In this document: piece by piece, positions 13,601 through 24,652 of the stretch | Numbering within the stretch: position 1 is the stretch's first letter | Layout of the letters: each line of letters starts with the position of its first letter | Translations under genes and position numbers: made by a program | Notes under the pieces: generated by a model | Told to the model about the DNA's origin: nothing | The model's database searches: none | The model's input: only the letters and a program-made list of their open reading frames with translations | Assembly (NCBI RefSeq): GCF_964204645.1 | Contig: NC_134025.1 | Coordinates: 7,998,001 to 8,062,000 of the forward strand | Origin: Tubulanus polymorphus | Lineage: Eukaryota; Animalia; Nemertea | Length of the DNA: 64,000 nt | Reading direction: 5' to 3'

Positions 13601-14532
13601 CAGTTGTACATGTAAAATGGCTAGATCCGTTTGGAGCGATTCAAATGGTTTTTGCATGTATTCTATAGCCAGGCATAAATGAATGGATGTGACTTCCATT
13701 TTATCTGTTTTAGTTGAAATTGATGTCTAGGTATCTATTGTTGCACCCACGATACAGTTCCTTTCATTGGATTGTCATTCACCGAGATATTATTTTCTGT
13801 GAGGTTTGTTGTATATTCTGAGAGAATGATTTTTATGAATGACAGCTGCTTATTTCAGATGAACAATTCCTTATAAAATAAGATAATTCATTGTATATAC
13901 ATAATTGATAGTATTCACTGTATACATGTATATAAATATTGTAGAAATAGTGTTATTCATTCATCACTCAATAAACTCCTGTTGAACATGTAACATGAAG
14001 TAGGACATTTCTTTGCTCGTGTGAAGGTTTTTATCAGACATCAGCCGCATCTTGTACCGAATTAAGAATTCATGTTATGGCCAGTTCCACCTATGGCAAA
14101 AACGATCTTAATATCTTCCAGTTATGATCCAAGTCACCGAGTATGATGAAAATGTGAATATTTAGAATAATCACAAAACGAGAGGTACATTCCATAGAAA
14201 GCCAAGAACTTTTTCCATTGCACAGAAATCAGCAAATGAATCAAGGTTTTCATTACCTTCAAAAAGACAACAAGAAATGGGAAATTTCATCTACAGAATA
14301 TTTTATTCGACAGAAATCTAAAAAAGTGCATTTTGCTATTAGTAAAGAAACCAGGTACATATTCATATTTCATGATCATCAACAAGTCGCACATCACAAA
14401 TCAATTGTGTAACATGAAAGAAAATCACCTTCAAATTATTGTTATGTGGAATTATGGCAGGTATCTAATATAAGCACATGTCAGTGTAGCAGTGTAACAT
14501 ATATGTTATAGCTTTGCTTGTTCAGTCACGAG

Positions 14533-16374
14533 TCATTTAGCTATTCCAATAACACCACAGGCCAATCTGCCACCAGCATTTCCAGTGGTTTTGCTCAATT
14601 CATGGCCACCCTTACCGAGATCATCAACATCAGCGTGAACCTAAAAGTTTACAAACAGGATATGAAACTAACATCATGTACATTTTCAATTACGGTATAC
14701 TCTGGCTAAATCCACAAAGAATGGTATAATCTGTTACTGAATTAGTCAATCTTGAGAGAAATAAGTCTTGACTGATGTTAAGGCCATGGATTCTCTTAGA
14801 ACAATCATGGTCGAGTCAAGCAAACGATGCAGGAATATTGAAGCATTTATCGGGACAAGTGGTTATCAACTTAAATGCTTCTAAGTTGGGGGGAGTTTTT
14901 AATGGGAATTCGGACTCTCCCATTATACTCACCACAACACTCCTTCCAATTATAGAATTTACACCAACCAACTGAATCATTTTATCAGTTATATCAATTG
15001 TTACAACACCATCGTCATTAGCTAAAACGTTGCCAAGATCACCAACATGTCTAATATAAACAACACAAAAAACAAGTTTATGAATACCAACATTAAGCTC
15101 ACAATTGTGTGTAGTTAGAAAAATATCTAACTATATAATAATTATACCTACCTCATATCATCCTCTGGGGCTCCGTGCTCTTTAGCAAAAGGGTTGAAAT
15201 GTCCTCCTGCACTTACACAACCTACTCAGGAAAATCATTACAATTTACAAAAGGGCAGATTAATTAAGAGCAGTTTCAATGAAATCTTACCATTTGAATA
15301 GTCGCCGAACTCATGAATATGGAAACCATGTTTTCCTCGTGCAAGACCTGTAATGGAGCCAGTAACCTTCACTAGATCCGAGTTTGCCTACAATAAAAAA
15401 GACCACCTTTTTTAATTTCAGATATCAACAGAACATTGAAGAAGGGTGAGGCGAAATCTTAACAATTACACTGGTGACAGATTAGTCAAGAGATCATGCT
15501 CTCTGAATTTCAGTTGATCTTCCGAGGTTATGCATCAGTTTGTTCGCGGATTTAGCATTCACTATGAATTTACACACTTGCACAATGTTGATACAAGACT
15601 TTGGCACCCACAGACTGTAATGTGGGGCGACTGCCTATTTTATTTTGTTAAGCGAATGAATAGGCGAGGACATGTCAGCTACACCCCTTGTGTGTGTGTG
15701 TGTGTCTATTTGCAGTTTTTCAGCATGTGCAACTTCCAAGTCATAGCATTGCCATTATAGTTAGTCAGTAACTAGTCAGTAACCTGTCTGTGGTTTAGTT
15801 TCACGATCGGATATTTTCACAAACCACATGGTATAAGCCCATCCGATTATAAAAAGCTTACCACCAACGATTAGGTAACTAACTAGTCAGTAACCTGACC
15901 CTGGTTTAGTTTAACGATCAGATATTTTCACAAACCACATGGTATAAGCCCATCCGATTATAAAAAGCTTACCACCAACGATTAGGCAACTAACTACATT
16001 GTAGTATGCCAAAAAGTACAGTTTGAGCTGACAAAAGCTGAAAGGGGTGCCCTGAAACTAAAGGCCTGCTAAATCAAATGACAACAAAAATAAGTTTATG
16101 GAAATCATGCATTTTAAAAGAAAGATGTGCCAGTACAGGAAAATCAACAAAATCATTCATGGTCAAAGTCACACGACACAGGGGGAGAGGTGTGGCAAAA
16201 AAAGGCACACCGACTCGCTCCGACACACCGACGGACGGCGCGGAATGGGACGGCACGGCCCACACGGGGGGTAAAGTAAATGGTTGAGGCAGTGCTACAT
16301 ACTTCTTGCTGAAAACACACACATCCCTTCACTGCTCCATCACCGGCTAACTGGCAAATAGCTTTCACAGACAT
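14533..16374 (-). CDS. SOD1: Cu/Zn superoxide dismutase, 154 aa; exons 16374-16303, 15387-15291, 15221-15152, 15050-14933, 14640-14533
   Basis: [89 protein letters not shown]; exon lengths sum to 465 nt; GT-AG introns. Confidence 0.96.
15772..15995. repeat. Two tandem ~111-bp copies of a dispersed repeat in SOD1 intron 1; related inverted copy at ~63723-63808
   Basis: tagtcagtaacctg..ggtttagttt..aagcttaccaccaacgattagg occurs twice; reverse-complement-like copy in a DDX11 intron. Confidence 0.8.
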
Positions 16375-17166
16375 GCTTAGAGTTTTACACGAGAGAAGCG
16401 CAAGGTGGTCAGCAGGTGTGTGTGCTGCGTACTGTGCGCGTCGTCGGATACGGCTCACTGAATACCGGAATAAGTACCCTAGAGCGCCGCCTTTATTCCT
16501 ATAGACTGGTTGCCGTTTGACTGCGAATGCACTGCCACTGGGTGCACTAGCCGACTGTCGCGTTTATTTCCTAATCCTGTCTTAGAAACCCCACAAAGGA
16601 GGATAATCTCACATATTCAAATTTCTAAGTACATCAATAAGCCGTGTGGAGTGGAATGTCACTTACATTATTAACCAAAACGTGGCTTCGCGTGTGGGAT
16701 TCGAACTCACCAGGGTTGCGTGCTGGCCCAAAAATCATTAACTGTGTTATTTTTTTCCGACCTGCTAGCCGTTTTTAGTCTAAAGAGTTTCAATCAAATG
16801 ACTGCTCATTGATAAATTGTGATTAGTCATATACGGTGATAGAATAGATTACAATACATGTGGATTGCCAAGTGTAAAACCTCTCCAATAAAATTTGAAT
16901 TGCATTGTATATCTGTGCCTTCAGTACTCGCTGTCGCGGTAGTGTGATCGTCAACGCGCATTTTAACCGTGTCTCGCGGCTTTAACTTTCCGTTTAGCGT
17001 GTAAACCATTGCGGTAAGATGTTCTATATGACTTTAAGCCGGTGTATAACCCTTCCAGCAACCAAAGGAAATGGAATTCGGCCGTGAGAAAGAATAACAA
17101 ATACCCTCGCAAGGTCGGAAGAGAGGACCAAGAAAAAAGACAGGTAGCGCCAGCTGTATTGGCGGC

Positions 17167-20100
17167 ATGGCCGACTCCGTGGCCGCTTCTCAATGTTTGG
17201 CGGATTTGACGAAAGCTGCCGAAATTATTTCTGTAAGTTTGTTAAACATAAGAAAGAGACACTGACTTTCAAGTTGTTGTCAGAATGTTTTTTTAATCTA
17301 CAGGCCTACGAAGATACTGCGCATGCGCAGTGGTTTCCGCCGCATCTTGACGGTCACAGGCATAAGTGAAGCCATTTCATCCCTTGTTATTTTCATATAT
17401 TACACCATCGTGACCGCCTGATAATGATCCTTAACGGCCAATTGTTTATCAGAACTTAATAGCGGATAAATAATCAATATCAACACAAGGTATTTCCGTG
17501 ATATTTTGAATTTATTTACATTTCAAATTTAGCGCCATTCTCGCGAGATTATCAACAACCCGGAAATGAAATCCAAGCCAGTTTACAAGCCCCTGTGGTT
17601 TTGTGGTTGGCCTGGCGGCTAGAGACTTTTTAATGTGTGCCCCATACCATACAGTATATATTACAGAAAGGCAGGAATCACGCCTGTCTCTATGATGCTT
17701 AACACTACCTGTGCTCCAGACGGCTGAACACTGCCATTGAAGCCTTTTAGCTCAGAAGTATCATTTTTAACGCAAAAATGGCTCTGCTCGTCCCTGGGTT
17801 TGCTTCCATTTTGTGAATGCAAGATAAAGGCTTAGCTTAGATGGAAGACAATAGCAGAAGCGATACTTCATTTAAATCATTGATTATTTTTTACTTTTTA
17901 GGCTCCTCCAAGTATCGTCACTTCTGAACAACGTCATGCGGCTGAAGGAGTATTTTTGTCTTTCAAAAAGTCGAAACTCCCGTATGACACCTGTAAATTC
18001 ATTTTGGGTAAGTATAATTTCATGCCATCGCACATTCTATGAGCTCAAAATGTTTTTTCATTAAACATTTATATGTATTTTCTCGAAACATTTCAGAAAA
18101 TAGCAAAAATGACTACGTTTTATTCCACGCAGCGTCGACTATGAAAGAAAACATCATCAAAGAATGGACTCTTCTTAGTCCGGAGGAAATTGATTCACTA
18201 CGAACATTTCTATTTTACTATGTGCTGCACAATGTTGAGTAAGTTTTCAGAGCTTTGAAATTGGCGTCGGAATGATGAGATAAGAGACGATTTGTATTAC
18301 AACTTGTTCGACAACTCAGACCTTTTAATGTTTTATAAATGCTAACTTGATTCTGACGCTGTTGAAATGTAACGTATTATGTTTTTCAGTTTGCAGAACT
18401 TTGTCCGTGAGCAAATTCTACAGGCAGTGGCTGTGATAGTGAAAAGAGGCATGTTTGACACGAAAAAAACTGATCAAGAGCAACTTTTCAATGAGATAAC
18501 CAAGTTAATCCATAGCGGTCAAATGTCATTGGTATGTAAGGTTTCCGTGTTGATATCTGTGATTTTGATTATGCTCATTTGAAGCGGCTGAAATTACTGC
18601 ATAGTTACTAATTACCTCTTTCAGCAAATGATAGCATGTTCTGTAATGGGTGCTCTGTTGAATGAGTACGCAACTGGAAATAGAAGCAGCAAGATCGGTT
18701 TGCCGTGGGAATTTCACAACAAATGTAAACGCTCATTTCAGGTGAGAGAAATTCCTCTATTATTTTGTAACCAATCTGGTTACTGAGTTTGCTATGAATT
18801 GAATGTTACTCATCTTATTCTTCATTTCTAGGATAGTGAGTTAAAACGTATGTTTTTGTTGGTGCTACAAATATTGAATGAATTGTTGAATTTTGGCGGC
18901 GCACTATCTCGTGATATCATTGTTCTGTTCAACCGGTTTCTTTCCATCGCTGAACAAATATTGAACTGGGAGTTCATTCCCAGAGCATATATCCTTTTAC
19001 GAATGATCTGAAACATGACAGTTTGCATTCAGAATTATGCATAATGTTTTCCTTAATGAACGTAATCACTGCCAAGACGATTCGTTGGTTTATTTGGAGG
19101 CAGTGGAAACATAGCTCTTCGTCCGAGCGAATCCTGGAGAGATATTTTCCTGAAAAATGATGTTTTGCAAATTTTCTTCAAAGTCAGTCACACTATTTTT
19201 GTGTCCGATCTTTCCTGACTAGAATATTTGAGCCATCTTGAAATGATTTCTCAATTTTCAGGTACACGAAAAAGTTCATCATAATTCTGAAATGTCTCAT
19301 CATTCCATGCAATGTCTTGTCCAATTGTCTTCCCTTACTGGTAGAATATTTCCCGGTGAATCTGCTCGTGATACATACTTCGCTAGTTATGTAGAACACT
19401 TCTTGCAACTGCTGTCCATGTGAGTATTACACTTAAATTGGATCGATCATTCATTGGTGGCTGTCTTGTCGTCAGATATTTGAAATAATGGTGAAAATGT
19501 ATTTTGATCTTTTTCAGTATTGATCTACAAGATTACGAGGCTCTCGGTATTTCGCAGATAATTCACTCGTTGGTTCTGCTATTTCCGATTTCTTGTCTGA
19601 AAAAACTGGAAGAGAACGTTCGCGATTCGTTCATACAACGCCTGATGCAGTTAACGTGTACGTTCGGTAAAGCTGCTGCTATGGAGGAAACGTTACATAA
19701 AGACGACTGTCGTTACACTGAAGCGTACGAAAAAATGCTCGACACATGGGCAACACTGCTCACTGACACTGATAATTTTCCCTGCGGTGTCCTGCAATCG
19801 CAATCACAGGAAATCATTAACTCCTACCTGCAGTGTCATTTAGCCCCTCCAGACGGCATTCGTAATCAGGTATCCTCAAACAAATATCCATTGTTGAACA
19901 TCTCATCGTCGTTCGATCAATGAGTCATTCCTCGGCAGTCTAATGATTGAATTGTCTGTTGTCGTTTTAGAAAAGTGATGGTTCACTCGTTAATGATAAT
20001 GACGATGAGTATGAGGATGAGGATGATGATGACCGCGATCGTTTTAAAGATCAACTCGGTACTATAGGTCTCTTTTGTCGACATGTTCCTCATTATAGTG

Positions 20101-23100
20101 TGCCATTGTTATCAAGGTAGGAATTAGGTGTGATAAATTTGCGCACTCACTTTCGATTGAAATCATTATTCTGACTAGTTCCTTCAAGTGATTCGTTTTC
20201 ATACGTAATGAAGGTTGATTGAAGACCGCGTTGGACATCTTCAAGACCATTTACATAGAATGCATCAGATGCCTTCAGGTGGAATCGATGTGCAGAATTT
20301 ATCTGCTATATTCGAAGATCTACATTGGCTGTTGTTGACTTCTGGTATGTCATAAACAATTATTGATTGGAGCATTAAGATGTATTGATTGCATTCATTA
20401 ATATTTGAAAGCCTTCATTTGTGTATTTACTCTCTTAATTCGTTATAGCATACGCTTTAACTGATAATGCTGAAGGTGAATATCCAACGATACCTACTGA
20501 AATCATGAACCACTCGATTGGACAGGCTGAACAAATCGATATTAAAACCACAATGTCTGTACTTGCCTCTCCGGATCGCAAATACAGAACAGTTGCTGAA
20601 TCTGATAACAATGTCGACCAGGTCATTAGGTATGATTTTAGACGCTCAAATTCTAAGATCGAGTTTGATAGATTCAATTTCTGATTTAATAATGAGCTCG
20701 CATGTTTTTATTGCAGGTTAATATCGGCTGTATTTCGATTATGCGAGACTGAAAAATGGGCAATCTCGAACAGCATGATTGGTTTGCTCAGTCCACAGGT
20801 CAGCACTACCGTATCGTGGTTTTTGCACAGATGGGTGAAAGGATACCTTCTAGCTGATGAATCATATTATACTCAAGTGAGTACATTTTAGAATGAATAT
20901 TCTAATGGCACTTTCATCATCCTAGCCATTGAAATGGTTATTTCACTTCTTAGATTAGTATGGCTCTTTCCACTGCATTTGGCCGTCATTCAGAGGGTGC
21001 TCAATGGACAGTGTCGTATTTACTAGACAGGGTGCTCAGTAATTTTTTGGCTTGGACTGGCGAAGAAGCCTTGTGTATAGAAACTGCTCTATTACTTGTC
21101 ACTTTGGTCGAAAGTAAAGATCGGTAAGTGTTATGATGTGATAGATATTACGGTAGGGCTATTTAATGTTGATCGAATGGATTGAAAACAGTTTCTAAGG
21201 TCTCCCTGCTATCTCTTGTGCGCTGGTCTATCAATGAGAACTAGCACCAAGTGATACCAGGGTCGCCTGGATACTTCGACATCGAATGCCTTCTGCTGTC
21301 TTACTGCTTCAGGTCCTAGTATTTTCTGTGTGCTAGCTGAAGTCTTAATATGCCAGCACCAGATGATACCAGGGTTTGAATTGGTATGAGTCACTTGAAA
21401 GAACCAAAGGATTCCGATTGCGAGTGGTCATTGCGATTGCGAGTGGTCATTTTTTTGTGTAAGTCCAAATATTTTTACACTGACAAAAAAGAAAATAATT
21501 TTTCCAGGGCAAATTTCGTTGTACAATGCGATAAATTGATGAACATAGCCAAAGTTCAGTCAATATTGGGATCTCCACTGTCTAATCTGGCTCCTACTGT
21601 GAAGCGTCATATTACACAAGCGTTGGTTCTTGCATTTACTGCTACTGAACAGAATGATGTGAAAGAAAAGTTTAAGAAACATGTAAGTGTACACAGGACC
21701 TTCATAGAAATGATAAACAAAAAAGGGTTGATATCATTTATGATGTATTTCATTTAAGGTGATCGACAGTTTGTACGAGCGATTTCAAAATATTCTGAAC
21801 TTGCCAGATTTCCACAAAATGTTCGAGCAGGTTAAAGTGAAAATGGAAGTGTCTGACCTGCTGCACAGTTGCTGTGGTGTGGCTCAGGCTGCTACTGTAC
21901 AGAATATTGATACATTGTTCCTGTTTCTCTCACCAGTATTATCTGAAGCTCCTAGATTGTTAGGTAAACAATATTTTGCCTCAAGAGATTGATTTGCCCA
22001 ATGACAGTCACTCAAGGAAGCTATGATTTGGTTATACTCCTTGGGATTTTTTCATTATTTTGCAGATATATATCATAATCACGAGGCTATTGTTTATATA
22101 ATTTTGGAGCTATTTGTCGATGTGGCGAATCGTATATTGTGCTTCTTGAATTCAGTAAGTACCAATGTGTTAAGAGGTTATTCATCTACGATTAAATGGA
22201 GAATCTGCTCATCCCTCCTGAGATCACTTGTGCGCTGGTTTGATTGTAATACTAGCACCAAGTGATACCAGGAAGGATTTCGGAATAAGTCTACATTTCC
22301 CTAGCTGCCTGTGGATAACTAAGGAAACTTTATATGATTGATTAATTGGTAATTAATTGTGCCTCATGATGAAACATAACATTGAGGAATTTGCCGAGTT
22401 GCAGGAATCTCTTCTATTTTCTATTCCTTACTTGATCTTTAAAAACTATCATTTGATTTTGGCTGCAATTTTCCATTTCCTCCTTCCTTTACAAACCCGA
22501 CCTTTATCCAATTTTTCCCCTGTATTCTTTATTATGAATTTAGTTTATGTTCTTCATTTTGGTTTTTCCTGGGAGTGAACTGTGATTCGGTTGTGGTCCT
22601 GTGATAGTGATTATGAGAGCTGAAGGCATATTTTCTTCCTATCATACATTCATAGCAGCACCAGTGTATGTTTATATGCCTAGTAATCTATTTTGTTAAA
22701 TTGGCTCTTTCAGGATGATTCTAGTAAATTTTATGAAAATTGCATTTCTATTATGCAAGTTTATGCAAAGCATAACGTTGGTAAGTTTCAACTTCCTTTG
22801 AAGTGTTGTTTATTTGTATTGCTGTTTTGTAGATTTAATTTCATATTTTCTCCTTTGACAGGGCGTTACTCTGCCTCAGAATTGGATGAAGAGGATACAT
22901 ATCAAGATCTGTTATTGGTTATGGAACTTCTGTCTCATATACTCTCAAAGGACTTCTTTGATATTGCAGTCATTGGTAAGTTGAAAGCTGGCGATAAACG
23001 GCAGGGTAACACATCTTGACTTAATCACAGAGGGGATGAATAAATCATATTTGTCTTATTTCCAGATGACAATCCTTCAGACCAACGGACAAATGGCGGT

Positions 23101-24652
23101 GATGTTGTTGTCTATGGCCTTAGCACTATTGTGCCTTTCATTAATGAAGAATTACTCAAGGTGATTAGTGATGATAATCTTGTCTCAATTATCATGGAAT
23201 GTTTTTGATGATACCTTGATCAGTTCGTAAATTTGTGATGTAATATCCCGTTACAGTTTCCAAAGTTGTGTAATGAATATTTCAAGTTACTGGCGTATAT
23301 GGCAGAAATCTATCCAGCAAAATTGTGCGCACTGCCGGACAATTTATGTCAGTTCCTGATGGCTTCAATACAAAAAGGCCTCATAGAGTATCCTTTTCAT
23401 AGCGCGTACATGCGTTTAGAAAATGCAAACATACAAAGCTATGTGCCTAATGATTAAAAACATAACATGGAGGAATTTGCCAGGTTGCAGGAAGCTCTTC
23501 TATTTACTATTCCTTTCTTGATCTTCAAAATCTATCATTTTTAGTTTTGAGCTATAATTTCAATTTTCATCCTACCTTACAAACCCAACCTCTTCCTATT
23601 TCTGACTTAGTTTCTCATTGAAAGCTTTTGTTTTATGTCCTTTGTTATCCTTTCCCTTGGAGTGAACTGTTAACTTGGTTGTGGTCCGATGATCAAAGAT
23701 TATGAGAGCTGAAGGCACTCTAGTTCAGTAGAACTCTCTTAATTGGGGGGGGGGTTCATTCGAGGTTAAATGGACCAATTATTTCATCCAAATTAAGTGA
23801 AAATCCAAATGAAGCGAGTTCTACTGTATTTATAATAAATCATTATGATTCATTTGCATTTTATTGTTTAGTACCATCCTTCACTCACCAAAGACATGGT
23901 CCTGATATACTAAAGCAGTGTCTTGAATTCTTGTCAAATTTAGCAAGTCACTGCTTGGAAGTCAATTTTCTTGGTTCAAATGTCCATTCGGCTCTTGCCA
24001 TCTTTTTAGAGGTAACATTTGATTATGAATTGTTAGATTTTACCCTCTCCCAATACCAATTGGAATTGGGATTACCGGTATGTATAATGAATGTTTGTAA
24101 TTTCAGGGATTATTTAAACTTGTTGTTTTGGAGTCTTTTGACATGGATCTTGTGGAGATTACAAGCAGCACATTCTTTGCTTTGATATGCTGTCACCAGG
24201 TAAAATGATCTGCCACAGTTACGGAATAAAAAAAAAAAACAAAGCTTATGGTTTAATTGTAATTTCATATTCTATTGCATAAACGTGCAAATAGATAGCA
24301 CTATGTAGGTTAACTAGTTTTAAAATTAGCAGTACAAACTTAAACTTTTACCAGTTATGAAATGAACACCTAATCGACTTACATAGTACTCACTCACATA
24401 ATCTGTCTTGCATGTATTTGACCCTGGGTTTACTACAACAATATTCTATTGCAGGAGAAGTTCCAATTGCTAGTCAATGAACTACTTAACATGCAACAAG
24501 ATGAAAGCACACGGCAGCGTATTTTAACTGCATTCCAACACATTTCACCTCCGAATATCAAATACTTGAACAATAGACAAAACAAAATTGCATTTCTTCA
24601 GGGATTTGAAAAGTTCCTAGTGGATGTACGCGGATTTCTGTGCATTAAATGA
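17167..24652 (+). CDS. XPO4: Exportin-4, more than 20 exons
   Basis: [22 protein letters not shown]|[85 protein letters not shown]-terminus [12 protein letters not shown]. Confidence 0.93.
18989..19069 (+). other. U12-type (minor) AT-AC intron in XPO4
   Basis: 5' site ATATCCTTTT, branch TTCCTTAAT ~19049-19057, terminal AC; splicing restores the frame ([16 protein letters not shown]). Confidence 0.9.
21198..21270 (+). ncRNA. pre-miRNA-like hairpin; predicted 3p UAGCACCAAGUGAUACCAGGGU (miR-29-type seed)
   Basis: 5' arm CCCTGCTATCTCTTGTGCGCTGG pairs with CTAGCACCAAGTGATACCAGGG; CNNC (CATC) 17 nt downstream; XPO4 intron 21124-21507. Confidence 0.72.
21308..21380 (+). ncRNA. pre-miRNA-like hairpin; predicted 3p CAGCACCAGAUGAUACCAGGGU
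   Basis: TTCAGGTCCTAGTATTTTCTGTGTGCTAGC pairs with GCCAGCACCAGATGATACCAGGGTTTGAA; paralogous to the neighbouring hairpin. Confidence 0.65.
22211..22278 (+). ncRNA. pre-miRNA-like hairpin; predicted 3p UAGCACCAAGUGAUACCAGGAA
   Basis: CCTGAGATCACTTGTGCGCTGGT pairs with ACTAGCACCAAGTGATACCAGG; CNNC (CTAC) 17 nt downstream; XPO4 intron 22155-22713. Confidence 0.72.
22360..22628 (+). ncRNA. Long box C/D RNA, SNORD97/SCARNA97-like guide for elongator tRNA-Met Cm34
   Basis: Terminal stem tgcct/aggca, C box ATGATGA at 22366, D box CTGA at 22620 preceded by GATTATGAGA (antisense to UCUCAUAAUC); pyrimidine-rich interior. Confidence 0.78.
23443..23718 (+). ncRNA. Second SNORD97/SCARNA97-like C/D RNA
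   Basis: Stem gtgcct/aggcac, variant C box ATGATTA, guide AGATTATGAGA before CTGA at 23709; alignable along its length to 22360-22628. Confidence 0.72.
23726..23826. mobile_element. Short Tc1/mariner-like MITE
   Basis: TIR cagtagaactc/gagttctactg followed by TA; similar ends at ~12040-12168 and ~62680-62693. Confidence 0.5.

Larger units (their letters stand above)
23388..23893 (+). other. U12-type GT-AG intron in XPO4
   Basis: 5' site GTATCCTTTT, branch TCCTTCAC 23877-23884 close to the AG, no polypyrimidine tract; frame restored ([17 protein letters not shown]). Confidence 0.85.

Noticed and set aside
16690-16712. tRNA gene (GTTCGAATCCC on the minus strand; similar at ~25942 and ~63111)
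   Set aside because: B-box only, no cloverleaf; at most SINE fragments
16827-17193. Small minus-strand ORFs as an alternative SOD1 N-terminus
   Set aside because: No homology, and no clear donor in the right phase
19870-19970. Third U12 intron (GTATCCTC)
   Set aside because: The 5' site deviates from consensus, there is no CCTTAAC-type branch, and the acceptor is an ordinary U2 type
22302-22322. miR-22/745-like seed AGCTGCC near the hairpins
   Set aside because: No convincing complementary arm
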